Shown piece after piece: positions 18,275-28,394 of a stretch of DNA of 55,718 nt (the first letter of the stretch is position 1; each line of letters starts with the position of its first letter). This DNA comes from a virus (Duplodnaviria > Caudoviricetes), in the IMG/VR virus record IMGVR_UViG_3300047157_000003, positions 1 through 55,718 of that record. One strand, 5' to 3'. The position numbers and the translations under genes were made by a program. Under the pieces are notes generated by a model. It was not told the DNA's origin and did no database searches. It saw only the letters and a program-made list of their open reading frames with translations.

Positions 18275-20164
18275 TTAAAGTTTTACACCAAGAGAAATCA
18301 AGTCAGCTTCATACTCTTTTCTCTCATTTTCGTCTAATTCACCATCATTTAAAGCTGAACCTATTTTTCTTCCAGTATATCTATCTAAGGTAGCCAATCC
18401 TTGCCTAATATCTGCTTCAGCGCTTAAAACAATGTCATTAAACAGTTCTTCTACTTTTTTGCGAACAACTCTTATATCTCCAAAAGAATCAAGTGTTCCA
18501 ACAATTCTTTCTACGCGTTCACGATCACCATCAGAAATTGTTTTTCCAGATTCTCCAAGAATACTAGGAGCATTTTTCATAGCTAACTTTTCTAAAACCA
18601 TTTTTATTCTTGCTGTTTCTGGCATATTTTCACCAAATTTTATTCCAAAAGCCGCACCAAGAGAATTAAGTGAGTCCACTCCATAAGTAAAAACATTTCG
18701 ATTTTTGTCAGTTAAAATACCAAGTTCAATAAACTGTTCTTTAGCTTTTTGATTATCACGGGCCATTCTAGCTAAAGCTTCATAATGATTTTTACCATCG
18801 CCATCTAATATTGCCATGCCTCCCGGATTTTTGTTCGGGTCTGCGCTAAATGTTCTTATTGATAGTGTATCTCCAGCTCCTTCAAAAAGTGGAATTGTGT
18901 TAGGATTTTTAGTTAAATAAAGCTCAGATGCTTCAGGTGTTTTCATGGCTTCCGTTACAACAGAACTCCAAGTAGCACCGGGAAGAACATCAAATTTTTC
19001 AGAAAACTCTGGGTCTTTTCTAAGTTTATCTAACTCGTATTTGCTTAAAGATTCTAACTTACCTTTACCTTGAGATAAGTCTGCTAAAAATCCTTTTACA
19101 TCATTAGATTTAGGAACTACAAAATAATTTGCACGCTCCATCGCTTTTTCCTTAGCGGCAAGAGCTTTGGTTTCATCAGCGGCTTGAGCTTCAAGAGCGT
19201 ATTTGCCGCCCGCTATAGCATCTAAACGAGAACGTTCTCTAGCCTTTTCAAGAGCAGGCATCGCTGATTCACCGGCTTTACCAACTGATGTAAGCATTTT
19301 ACCTACATTAAACCCTTTGCCAGCTTTGTTTTGCATTAAGGCTAAACCAAAAGTCATAAGAGCGTGGCTTTTATCTACTTTTCCACTTATGTCTACACCA
19401 GTAGCTTCTGCAAACTTTTTCTTATAATCATCAATATCTTGAACTGGAGAAATTTCTGGTCCAGAGCCTCTAACTGCATTTATGTAATCATTCATAGCAG
19501 CCATAGAAGCTTCTTCAATTTGACTTTGACCAACTTCAATTTGATTACCTCTAAGACCATCATCTGGACCTGTTGATGTAAAGTCATCTGGAGATGAAAT
19601 AATATCTCTATAAAAAGGATTTTTCTTATCTTTTACTTCATTAGAAGTTTTTGGACTTTCAGCTTCAGCTAATGTTGCAGCTATTTGATCAAGTGCAGAT
19701 TCTTCAAAAGCCGTAGAATTGTTCGGCATTTCTTCTATACGATTAGCATCTTCTGTAAGTTCTTCTTGAGATTTTGAAGTTGCGTTTGGTTGAATTGCAG
19801 ACATTAAGTCTGAGTATGAGTTAGAAAATTCACTAAAGTCAGCAACATCAGGCTGTAAGCTTTGTATCTCTGAAGTAAATATTTCTTCAGGTCTTTTGTT
19901 TGCTCTGTCAACAAGTTGCTCAAAAGCACCTGATGGATTTTTAGTATTAATTCCTAAAGACTCAATGTAATCAATCGCTTCTTCACGATTTAAGCCAGAC
20001 AAAGGATCATCTGAAAATTCTTGTTCTACAGATTTAATTCCAGTAGAAGATGGACCTTCTTCAGCAAAAGGACTTCTTTGCTTTCCTATCATTGAGCGAA
20101 TTCCGCCCAATCCAAGTCCATAAGCTTTTAGAGGGTCTTGATATATTTGCCTTGGATCAGCCAT
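18275..20164 (-). CDS. Putative internal virion/ejection protein
   Basis: Position and helical composition. Confidence 0.55.
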   Translation of the reverse strand: MADPRQIYQDPLKAYGLGLGGIRSMIGKQRSPFAEEGPSSTGIKSVEQEFSDDPLSGLNREEAIDYIESLGINTKNPSGAFEQLVDRANKRPEEIFTSEIQSLQPDVADFSEFSNSYSDLMSAIQPNATSKSQEELTEDANRIEEMPNNSTAFEESALDQIAATLAEAESPKTSNEVKDKKNPFYRDIISSPDDFTSTGPDDGLRGNQIEVGQSQIEEASMAAMNDYINAVRGSGPEISPVQDIDDYKKKFAEATGVDISGKVDKSHALMTFGLALMQNKAGKGFNVGKMLTSVGKAGESAMPALEKARERSRLDAIAGGKYALEAQAADETKALAAKEKAMERANYFVVPKSNDVKGFLADLSQGKGKLESLSKYELDKLRKDPEFSEKFDVLPGATWSSVVTEAMKTPEASELYLTKNPNTIPLFEGAGDTLSIRTFSADPNKNPGGMAILDGDGKNHYEALARMARDNQKAKEQFIELGILTDKNRNVFTYGVDSLNSLGAAFGIKFGENMPETARIKMVLEKLAMKNAPSILGESGKTISDGDRERVERIVGTLDSFGDIRVVRKKVEELFNDIVLSAEADIRQGLATLDRYTGRKIGSALNDGELDENERKEYEADLISLGVKL

Positions 20165-20177
20165 ATTATTTACCTTT

Positions 20178-21569
20178 TTATCTATTCGCACCTTGGTAGG
20201 TTGCATACATACCAACACCTTGTAGGAAAGGATTAGGAGCAGTCGAAGGACCTTGTGAGTATTGACTATACATTGACGCAGATGGAGCGCCAGTTAAATA
20301 GTTTTGAGCGTAACTATAAGGAGCTAAAGCCTGCTGTGTAGTCGCCAACTGATTTTGACGATAGAAGTCTTGAGCTTGCTGATCGTATTGTTGTTCTTTT
20401 CCGCCTACTTCGTACATAAACCCTAAGTCTTTAGGTGCCATTCCAGCATACACTTGACCAATATCAGCAGATGCTCCAGCTAATTGACCGTATGCTTTAC
20501 CTATGTCAGCTTGCGCACCGCCTAGTTGACCTGTAGATGCACCAAGGCCACCCATCAATCTACCAGTTTCTAAGTTGCGCTTGCGTTCATCTTCTGCTGC
20601 ACGAGCTTGCGCTTCTGCGCTAGATAAACCCATACTACGATACATATCAGCGGCTTTTAGCATTCTGCCTTCAGCGCCTTCGAATGATTTAGCTTCTGCT
20701 CCAAGCTGACTTGTAGATAAAGAACCAAGTTGTTGACCGCCAGCTATACCACGTTTTGCAGCATTTTCATAAGCGGCTTGCGCTCCAGCTAAAGACTTAT
20801 CATATCCTTGAGACATTACGTTAGCTATAGTTCCTTGCCTTGCTTCTTCAATGGCTCTTTCTGTCTCTGCGGCTTGAACACCAGATCGTGAACCACCAAA
20901 CGCGCCCTTACTTATAGCGTTCGCTGCATCAGCTTGACGCCTTTGTGCAGCTTGACGGTCTATTTTAGCTAAAGTTGTATCAAGAACTTGCTCTTTGTAT
21001 GGGTTCATAAATTTATCAACAGATGACGGATCAAACTGACCTAAACCACCTTTGATTGCACTGCGGGAATCTGCTAAAAGATCATTTGCACGCTGTTGAG
21101 CATCAAATAATTGTGTAGATTGATCAGCTCTTGCTTTTGCCTCTGCTGTCTCTGTGTCGTAAATTCCCTTTGCACCTATACCACCAGCGCCTTGACGTAA
21201 GTATGCTTGAGCTTCTGGAAAGTAATTAGCAAGTGAATCAGCTATAGTAGACGCGCCAGTTCCCAAGCCTTGGCTTGCTTGAGGTAAGTATCTTGCTATG
21301 CCACTTTCGTCAGTAAAGTAAGGCTGATAGCGATCCATAAATGCTTGACGTTGTTCTTCAGTTCCAAATGAATTAACTACGGATTCTTGTAGTGGGTTTC
21401 TTCCTGCTTGAACATAATCAGGAATATTAAACAGCTCAGGATCATCTATAATCCCACCTGTCAAAACGCCTTCATCATCAGGAGCGCCAAAAATACGCTG
21501 AAGCAACGCCTCATCGTATTCCTGCATATAAGCTGGCAATTGCCGTATGGTTGTTACACTATCAGCCAT
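20178..21569 (-). CDS. Putative DNA ejection (pilot) protein
   Basis: 'FMNPY..QV' and 'GAFGGSR' motifs typical of podovirus DNA-transfer proteins. Confidence 0.65.
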   Translation of the reverse strand: MADSVTTIRQLPAYMQEYDEALLQRIFGAPDDEGVLTGGIIDDPELFNIPDYVQAGRNPLQESVVNSFGTEEQRQAFMDRYQPYFTDESGIARYLPQASQGLGTGASTIADSLANYFPEAQAYLRQGAGGIGAKGIYDTETAEAKARADQSTQLFDAQQRANDLLADSRSAIKGGLGQFDPSSVDKFMNPYKEQVLDTTLAKIDRQAAQRRQADAANAISKGAFGGSRSGVQAAETERAIEEARQGTIANVMSQGYDKSLAGAQAAYENAAKRGIAGGQQLGSLSTSQLGAEAKSFEGAEGRMLKAADMYRSMGLSSAEAQARAAEDERKRNLETGRLMGGLGASTGQLGGAQADIGKAYGQLAGASADIGQVYAGMAPKDLGFMYEVGGKEQQYDQQAQDFYRQNQLATTQQALAPYSYAQNYLTGAPSASMYSQYSQGPSTAPNPFLQGVGMYATYQGANR

Positions 21570-22567
21570 TACGCTTTCCTTTCCAAGTTATCCATCATGC
21601 CGTACATTTTATTTATACCGCTTTGTAAGTTTCCGTTTCCTGCTCCTTTAACTGCATCACGGGTCATAACAAACTCGCCAGCAGTTAGCATTGCAGGTAC
21701 GTCATCTTTAGTTCCAGAGCCTTCGCTTGGCATTATACCACCATTTCTACGAGGGTAGTGAGCTACACCGCCCTTATTGGCGTATAAAAGGTCTGTCTGT
21801 TGACGCGGAGCGCGTCTTCTTAAAGTTACAGGTGCTTGACCTGCGCCTCTATTAAACCTAGCCATATTTCCATATGGATCAGGGTCTTCTTCTTCACTAA
21901 ATAGACTATCCATTAACTGAGCTGCAATACCAGAAGCTATGCTTTCACCTGCTTTTGTATTAAGAAATCTTCCAATTCCCTTAGTAGGGTCTGTTCCAAA
22001 CATTTCACCTATACCTAAAAGACCTTCTGTTCTTGCTACAGGGCTTTCAGAAACTACAGCTTTAGAAGCTAAATTCTTAATAGCATCATCTGGACCAGAA
22101 GCTCCACCGCCGGTTAATAAGTTCATTATTCCACCGCCCTTATCAGCATCGCCTCCAGACATCATGCTGTCCAAAAATGATATTCCTGTACCACCTCCTG
22201 ATAAAGCTCCAAGACCAGCACCTGCGGCACCACCTATTAAAGCGTCACGAAGGGATACATCTTTTCCTTGTATCTTTCTTAATGCTAAATTACCAAGCGC
22301 GCCTGATATTGCAGGGTTTCCTACGATAGCGCCAATTAAATTACCTAAGAAGAATTCAGATTTACCAGTTACGGGGTTTATGCTGTTTTGACCTGATCCA
22401 ACAACGTATCTCCGAGGGTCAGCACCTACATCTTTGAACGCACGACCAAGGCCACGAGCTAATTGTGGGTTACTTTGGAGTACCTGTTGAGGGACAATTG
22501 TTTCACCCGGAGTTAGGTGTCCCATAGTAGTATCGCCGTTTCTACCGTATCTAGCCATGTTCTGCAT
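21569..22567 (-). CDS. Putative ejection/internal protein
   Basis: 'GRNGDT..GHLTPGE', 'NPVTG..EF', 'G.GT.DDVPAML..GEFVMT'. Confidence 0.6.
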   Translation of the reverse strand: MQNMARYGRNGDTTMGHLTPGETIVPQQVLQSNPQLARGLGRAFKDVGADPRRYVVGSGQNSINPVTGKSEFFLGNLIGAIVGNPAISGALGNLALRKIQGKDVSLRDALIGGAAGAGLGALSGGGTGISFLDSMMSGGDADKGGGIMNLLTGGGASGPDDAIKNLASKAVVSESPVARTEGLLGIGEMFGTDPTKGIGRFLNTKAGESIASGIAAQLMDSLFSEEEDPDPYGNMARFNRGAGQAPVTLRRRAPRQQTDLLYANKGGVAHYPRRNGGIMPSEGSGTKDDVPAMLTAGEFVMTRDAVKGAGNGNLQSGINKMYGMMDNLERKA

Positions 22568-22620
22568 TATACTAACCTCATACTTAATATATATAAGTTA
22601 CCAAATATTTATTTAAAATA

Positions 22621-22851
22621 CTAGAGCGTTGACCCAGAAATTCCTTCAGGGGCCGTAACTTTAATATTTGTGCTTCTTTCTTCTGTTCCAGTCCAGCTTT
22701 CACCGCAATCTGGACAGTTACCGTCTGGATAAGACGCAATCTCTTCAGGTGTGTCTACCTTATTTTCGCAATTTGCGCAAGAAACTACGTCTACGCTAGT
22801 TGCCGGCTTCCATGTTGAACCGTCATCCATTGTAATAATTGTATCGCTCAT
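22621..22851 (-). CDS. Zn-ribbon small protein
   Basis: CANC...CPDC. Confidence 0.6.
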   Translation of the reverse strand: MSDTIITMDDGSTWKPATSVDVVSCANCENKVDTPEEIASYPDGNCPDCGESWTGTEERSTNIKVTAPEGISGSTL

Positions 22852-23144
22852 GATATAGTCACCGCTACCTCTCCTACTTGTCCTGTTGCAGAAGAACCTC
22901 TAACATAAGGTATATTTCCTACAGGAACACGTAATTGCCCATTATGTTCAAAGACACTTCCAACTTCTAATCCTGAATCGTCTGTTTGCAAATTTGTAAA
23001 TACTGTAAAGGTATTACGCCCTTCACCCGGATTTTGCATGTTTTGCATGTATGTAGAGTATGAACGTAAAACTTCTGCAAAATATCTTTGGTCATACTCA
23101 TCTGGTGGTATGGGAAAAAATGGTAAGTTTAAATTACGAGACAT
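22848..23144 (-). CDS. Putative tail-associated protein
   Basis: 'PIPPDEYDQ' N-terminus; directly follows tail protein. Confidence 0.55.
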   Translation of the reverse strand: MSRNLNLPFFPIPPDEYDQRYFAEVLRSYSTYMQNMQNPGEGRNTFTVFTNLQTDDSGLEVGSVFEHNGQLRVPVGNIPYVRGSSATGQVGEVAVTIS

Positions 23145-25267
23145 TACCGTCTCCCATCAGGTCTAATGTCTACTCTTGGAGAGCCTAATCTCCAAGCTAC
23201 ACCAGTATCTTCGCTTTCAATTCTAAAAGCAAACGATCTGCCCCTAAGCCGAACAAATACCTGTTCTGTAAATTGCTCTACGGGAACACTGGCTGTTTTT
23301 GTAATTGTATTTGCATTAGAGTCTAAATAGTTTCCGCCGGGAAAATTCCTAACTTTAAGCGTCATAGTGGCACTTGGTACTGGTGCTGTAGAGTTTCTAA
23401 AGGTCATATCTGGTATTAATCTACGCATAAACGCAAACTGCTCACCATCACCTAAGTCCATTTGACTGCTTTCAATGTATGATGAAATCGCTGTAGCTGG
23501 GCTTGTGCTTCCATCATCAAAGCCAATTTCGTGTAAATATAGATAATGATCTGCACCAGCAGCTATAGGTTCTGCGTTTACACCGCGATCTAACCACACA
23601 GTTCTTGATAGAGTTCCATAATACCATATTTTTTGATCGTAATTATATGTTACATAGCTGTCATTTTCAGAGCTAGAAGCAGAAGGATAATACCAAGTTA
23701 CTTCAGAAAATGCAGAGTTAAGGGAAGCGGTAACTTTTTCTATCTGATCGTTATTAATGTTTGAAAACACATAATCTCTTACTGAGCATGGAAGTCTTTG
23801 AACGGCACCGCCGTACACATAGAACTCTTCTGCACCCATCCAGAATACATTATCTTCAACAGCAATAGCTGCAAGTGGGCTTGCAATTGTAATATTTTCA
23901 GAAATAGCGTTAATTCCAAATGTAAATGGCGGCCCTAAGTATTGCATTGCGTGTAAAGAAACGTCAGTAAATACTAGAACTTGTTGTCTTGTCTCTACAG
24001 CAGTAACAATTTTTGAACCTGAGCCAATACGCAAATCACCAGCAGTATTTGTTACAAGTGATTGCCATTCAAGAATATTTTCTTGATCAGAAAACCTAAT
24101 TAGTAGAGGGTCTTGTACTCCGGGGTTTGTTTCGGAATCGCAACCAAATGCAATTACATGCCTGTCTCTGTCGGATACGAGAACTTGCTTTGCTATTATA
24201 GGCGCTTTATTTGATCCAGCTAAACTAGCAAGCTCAACAGCTCTTGAAAATGGAGTTCCAGAGCTTGTAGAGCTATCCCAATAGAATATATCTCCATCTC
24301 GAACGTTAATGATTAAGTCTTCACCAAAGTTATCATGTGACCATATTCGAAGAGTTTGACCAGAAGCAGATAAGTTTGCGCCTGAACCCCAAGTCCCACG
24401 GCTGTAAGTACCTGCACTCCAACCATTTCCAGCAATAGTTGTATCTAGGCCAGTATTAATTTGATAAGTGCCAACAACAGAACCACCGCCATTGCCAGTA
24501 TCTGAAGAATTGGAAAATACATAAGTTGGGTTTAGTCCAGTTGTAGTAGTAATACTTTGAATATCAGAAACTTCACGAACATCAATTTGATAGCTATCAT
24601 CATTTATAACGCCTGTAATTTGATACTCTTGGTTAAGAACGTTGGCTGTTATAAGTCCTCCAAGACTTGCTGCACCAGAAATTGTAACAAAATCATTAAC
24701 TAAAGCGCCATGATTTGTATCTGTTACTATTATAGTAGACATAGTAACAGCGGCACCTGACGAATGAGTGGTTGCTGTAGTACCATCTGCACCTCTAACA
24801 CAACCTATAAGGTTGTTTCCATTAAGACCCGCAAAAGTAATATGTTCAGAATCTATTTTTATAATGCCAAAAGATGGAAATCCTGAAGCTGAAGCTACAG
24901 TTATTGTTGTGTCTATAGCTGATAAAGTTTCGTTGAGTGTTGTTGCATTAGCTGAAAATGTCACATCGCCAGCAGCAGTTGTTGCTCTAATAGGCGTAAT
25001 ATCGTTGTAGGCTCCACCTTGATTTATATAATACTTTAGGTGAGTTCCAACTCCAAGATAGTTTGTACCACCTACAGTAAGCCAAGGATGAAGAGCGCGA
25101 CACGTTCCAAGAAAAGCATTACTAGATTGCTTTATCCAACCTCCAATTTTTTCTGGAAAACCAAACCTAAAACGAACCTTGTCCATGTCGAACCAACCGC
25201 CTTCGTTACTATAAGACGTAGTTTCGCGGTTTGCACCGGGGCGAAATTGAAGTTTTTGTAACGTCAT
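23144..25267 (-). CDS. Tail tubular/head-closure stabilisation protein (P22 gp10-like)
   Basis: 'RFRFGFPEKIGGW', 'WSHDNFGEDL', 'RFSDQE', 'RGR...RIES...WRLG'. Confidence 0.7.
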   Translation of the reverse strand: MTLQKLQFRPGANRETTSYSNEGGWFDMDKVRFRFGFPEKIGGWIKQSSNAFLGTCRALHPWLTVGGTNYLGVGTHLKYYINQGGAYNDITPIRATTAAGDVTFSANATTLNETLSAIDTTITVASASGFPSFGIIKIDSEHITFAGLNGNNLIGCVRGADGTTATTHSSGAAVTMSTIIVTDTNHGALVNDFVTISGAASLGGLITANVLNQEYQITGVINDDSYQIDVREVSDIQSITTTTGLNPTYVFSNSSDTGNGGGSVVGTYQINTGLDTTIAGNGWSAGTYSRGTWGSGANLSASGQTLRIWSHDNFGEDLIINVRDGDIFYWDSSTSSGTPFSRAVELASLAGSNKAPIIAKQVLVSDRDRHVIAFGCDSETNPGVQDPLLIRFSDQENILEWQSLVTNTAGDLRIGSGSKIVTAVETRQQVLVFTDVSLHAMQYLGPPFTFGINAISENITIASPLAAIAVEDNVFWMGAEEFYVYGGAVQRLPCSVRDYVFSNINNDQIEKVTASLNSAFSEVTWYYPSASSSENDSYVTYNYDQKIWYYGTLSRTVWLDRGVNAEPIAAGADHYLYLHEIGFDDGSTSPATAISSYIESSQMDLGDGEQFAFMRRLIPDMTFRNSTAPVPSATMTLKVRNFPGGNYLDSNANTITKTASVPVEQFTEQVFVRLRGRSFAFRIESEDTGVAWRLGSPRVDIRPDGRR

Positions 25268-25377
25268 CGGCAGCTCCTGTTAGGTGGATTATACACAAAA
25301 GTTCGGCTTATGCTAGAGTAAGCTTTAAACCGAACAATTGTTTTTTTAATTAATTTTTTAAAAATAATCCGAACAAA

Positions 25378-25887
25378 TTACAACATCTCTAAAGCTTGAT
25401 GCAAAGTCTCTTTATTTCTACGAGTCCATCCACGTCCAAACGTTTCAAATGTTTTTAAACTTTTATAGAAATCTTGCCTTACATCATGAACATACTCAAT
25501 AATAAATTTAGGGTCTTTTTCCATAATAAGCCCTAGCGTAGCTGGCCCTATAGCCCCATCTGCCGTAGCTCCAACTGCACGTTGCACAGCTTTTGCAGGT
25601 CTACCCGATCCGGAATTCACGGCCCAATCGAAACAGGCCCAGTCCAAACCAGATGGAAGTGAATCTCCTTTGACTCGATCCCAGTAGTTCTTTTTATATA
25701 TAGGAGCCACATCTTCGGGTGTTAAGTCACGCATTTCTTGCTCTGTAGACTCACGACCAGTCCACTCATCGTACACTTTTTTGGTAACTCCCAAATTTGT
25801 GATACCTCCGGGATCTTTGGGATGATTTACGAATCCTCCTTCGTGAGCAAGAAGCATTTTTAAGCATTTATCAAAGTTCTCTTTCAT
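25378..25887 (-). CDS. Endolysin, glycoside hydrolase family 108
   Basis: 'HEGGFVNHPKDPGGITNLGVT' plus C-terminal PG-binding 'FGRGWTRR'. Confidence 0.92.
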   Translation of the reverse strand: MKENFDKCLKMLLAHEGGFVNHPKDPGGITNLGVTKKVYDEWTGRESTEQEMRDLTPEDVAPIYKKNYWDRVKGDSLPSGLDWACFDWAVNSGSGRPAKAVQRAVGATADGAIGPATLGLIMEKDPKFIIEYVHDVRQDFYKSLKTFETFGRGWTRRNKETLHQALEML

Positions 25888-26288
25888 TTCGTAATTCCTT
25901 GTTTTTTCTCGTAGCTGCGGAGTCCGCCCAAACCGAGCATTCCCATCATCACAGTCATCAAACTGCCCATATCAAACTCTGGCAAAGCAGGTATATCAAC
26001 ACCAGCGGCAGTTACACCAAAAACAATTAGTGGCTGCAATACAAAATGATAAGCAAAAGCAACACCGCACACCCAACCTATAAATGGTCGCCATCCGCCT
26101 TTAAATAAAGAACCTGATGCAGCTTCAGCTTTGTTTATTTCTAATTGCCCCATTAGCGCCTGCTGGGCATGATTATCGGACATCGTAGCAATCTCATGGG
26201 CTAACTTAGCCTTTTGATCTTTGTCCTCAATAACTTTGTCTAATAGCCCAGTAACAGGTCCTACTAGATTGCTTACAAGACTCATCAT
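25884..26288 (-). CDS. Holin (3TM, GTA-type)
   Basis: 'GWRPFIGWVCG' and 'GLGGLRSYEK'. Confidence 0.85.
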   Translation of the reverse strand: MMSLVSNLVGPVTGLLDKVIEDKDQKAKLAHEIATMSDNHAQQALMGQLEINKAEAASGSLFKGGWRPFIGWVCGVAFAYHFVLQPLIVFGVTAAGVDIPALPEFDMGSLMTVMMGMLGLGGLRSYEKKQGITK

Positions 26289-26608
26289 TCGTTATTCGCC
26301 TTTCCTTTTGTGTAGGCTTCCTTACCATAGAAGGCGGCAACGATAGCAGCTACAGAAACAAAATACACACCAGCAATAGAAGCTAGTGAGTTCATGGCTT
26401 CATCAAGATTAGCCAAGTTACAAATAATTATAGACAGTGGGTATAGTAGCATACCAAACAAAGCGAACCATGCCATCTTGCGTTGAGCGTCTCTTTGCGC
26501 ATCGTCATCTAGCATTTTTAAACGTTTATCTTCGAACGCCATGCGATCCCATTCGGCTTGATCTATCGAACCGTTACCGTCTACATCAGCTTTTTCAAAC
26601 TCAGTCAT
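26285..26608 (-). CDS. EF-hand plus two-TM membrane protein (possible holin/antiholin)
   Basis: 'DVDGNGSIDQAE' loop and two hydrophobic segments. Confidence 0.6.
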   Translation of the reverse strand: MTEFEKADVDGNGSIDQAEWDRMAFEDKRLKMLDDDAQRDAQRKMAWFALFGMLLYPLSIIICNLANLDEAMNSLASIAGVYFVSVAAIVAAFYGKEAYTKGKANNE

Positions 26609-26617
26609 ATTAGTCTC

Positions 26618-27127
26618 CTAATCAGCAAGGGGGTTGTCTAACGCCCTTTGTAGTTTATCCATTAACTTATCTTCAAGTTCTTTCATATCGCCACTTTGCG
26701 AAACTCTAACACGTTCTCGTTGATTTTCAAAGCGAACTTCTGCGTTGTCTATCATCTTACGCACTTTGTCTTCAGATTCACGTACCATGTCCTCCACACG
26801 ATCCGTCTGCTTCTCAATGCTCAATATGTCCGAACGTAATCCGTTCTTAATGTCACGACTATATTCTACGGATTCTTCTACCTTTTCCGCAATACCCGTG
26901 ACTTTTGCATCCATAACATCCATCGCTTGTTGGTAAGCACCTAGGTCTAGCCCCGCGACCTCTTCTATCTTTTGGTACATAACAAACCCACCATATAGCC
27001 CACCTACAACTGTAGATAAGAACGCAAATATAGCTACGATAGAGCCAAACGACAACTTCATGCCACCTGTCTTAAACTCACGATCTGCAAGCCCATCTAT
27101 ATTATCTGCTATCTTGGTAGTATCCAT
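26618..27127 (-). CDS. Single-TM coiled-coil protein
   Basis: N-terminal TM followed by heptad-rich region. Confidence 0.65.
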   Translation of the reverse strand: MDTTKIADNIDGLADREFKTGGMKLSFGSIVAIFAFLSTVVGGLYGGFVMYQKIEEVAGLDLGAYQQAMDVMDAKVTGIAEKVEESVEYSRDIKNGLRSDILSIEKQTDRVEDMVRESEDKVRKMIDNAEVRFENQRERVRVSQSGDMKELEDKLMDKLQRALDNPLAD

Positions 27128-27525
27128 TAGTTTTCAAACTCCATCTCGCCGCCAGCATTTTGTAAGTTCTTCAGTGCTTCTAGCTCGTCTCGTAACTTTT
27201 GTATCTCTAAACGACGCTGTGTTAACTCTATCTGGTAAAGATCATCACAGTTAATACGAGCCTTTGGTTTATCAAGCGGTATAACAATACGAGCATACAC
27301 ACCTATATCCTTACCTTTATTCATTGTATTCAATCCAGAAAGAACACCCGTTACGCCATACTCTAGGTTTACACCTCCACCCACAGCGTTACTGCAACGC
27401 GTATTACCTGTAGAAAACGAATCCGACTGATAGTTCATGGGCGGGTTGGGCAAAGCAAGAGAAAGTGAGCTGTTGTCGGCTACAACAGAACTAGATAACA
27501 AACAAAGAGCTACTACTAATCTCAT
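27127..27525 (-). CDS. Secreted protein with C-terminal coiled coil
   Basis: Signal peptide MRLVVALCLLSSSVVA. Confidence 0.65.
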   Translation of the reverse strand: MRLVVALCLLSSSVVADNSSLSLALPNPPMNYQSDSFSTGNTRCSNAVGGGVNLEYGVTGVLSGLNTMNKGKDIGVYARIVIPLDKPKARINCDDLYQIELTQRRLEIQKLRDELEALKNLQNAGGEMEFEN

Positions 27526-27908
27526 GCAGGTTCTCCATCTAGCCTTGAGCATATCGTAGAAGAAACAAGTGTCCTAGATACATTAGTCTTTCTTACTTTT
27601 GAGGTTGTGCATAGAAAGACTGCTTCGGGTAAATCTCTCTTTCTTATGTAGACATCAAAAGATTTATGTTCTTTATAGTCAACTTTCATAATTTTATATG
27701 GCGTAGAAAAAGGTATAGGCATCCAGTTTAAATCAAACAAATCAACCTGATAATACTGTATCTCTTCTCTTGAATTAAAAAGAGACATCTCTACCTTAAC
27801 TACGTTTTTAACGTGGGACATCTTTACTTCTGGATAGGCTGGGGTCATCTCGTGCGCAGACGCACCAAAAGTAACTAACGTACCTATCGTGATTATCCTA
27901 CTTAGCAA
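27522..27908 (-). CDS. Secreted beta-rich protein, possibly fimbrial chaperone-like
   Basis: Signal peptide ending ASA-HEMTP; predicted beta strands; TTG start inferred. Confidence 0.5.
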   Translation of the reverse strand: MLSRIITIGTLVTFGASAHEMTPAYPEVKMSHVKNVVKVEMSLFNSREEIQYYQVDLFDLNWMPIPFSTPYKIMKVDYKEHKSFDVYIRKRDLPEAVFLCTTSKVRKTNVSRTLVSSTICSRLDGEPA

Positions 27909-28386
27909 TACAGGTAGCCTGTACAACTGCGGTGTAAGTGCCACCGGGAAACGGTTTTGCTGAACCGTAAACTGCGCTGGATGCAGTAGAGAACCATGCC
28001 GACCCTGCAAGGGTAAGATTAAATTTAGATGTGCTGCCTACCACTGCTTTAGCACCATTATATGCAGACATACCTGACGCAGACATCTTTGTTACAGTAG
28101 TGCTACCTGTCCATACCAATGTATCTGTTAAGGTAGGTGAAGAACTAAACGATGTTGGGTGCGTTATGTTAGCTGTGTAGGCATCTGCAATAGATACATC
28201 AATTCTAATTACAGGTAATATACCACCATCCGCAGGTGTTGTGCTTAACTTACTGGCAATAGGGTTTCCATACACACCAGATTTATCCGTTTGTATCACG
28301 CACTTGGCTTCTACACTCCCTGTAATATTTACAGTTGCGAAAGCTGGCAGTGCAACGAGAGAAAGTGTTGCTATTAAATACTTCAT
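27898..28386 (-). CDS. Secreted pilin/fimbrial-subunit-like protein
   Basis: Signal peptide ending AFA; 'VNITGSVEAKC' N-terminus and 'GTYTAVVQATC' C-terminus. Confidence 0.5.
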   Translation of the reverse strand: MKYLIATLSLVALPAFATVNITGSVEAKCVIQTDKSGVYGNPIASKLSTTPADGGILPVIRIDVSIADAYTANITHPTSFSSSPTLTDTLVWTGSTTVTKMSASGMSAYNGAKAVVGSTSKFNLTLAGSAWFSTASSAVYGSAKPFPGGTYTAVVQATCIAK

Positions 28387-28394
28387 ATTAAACC

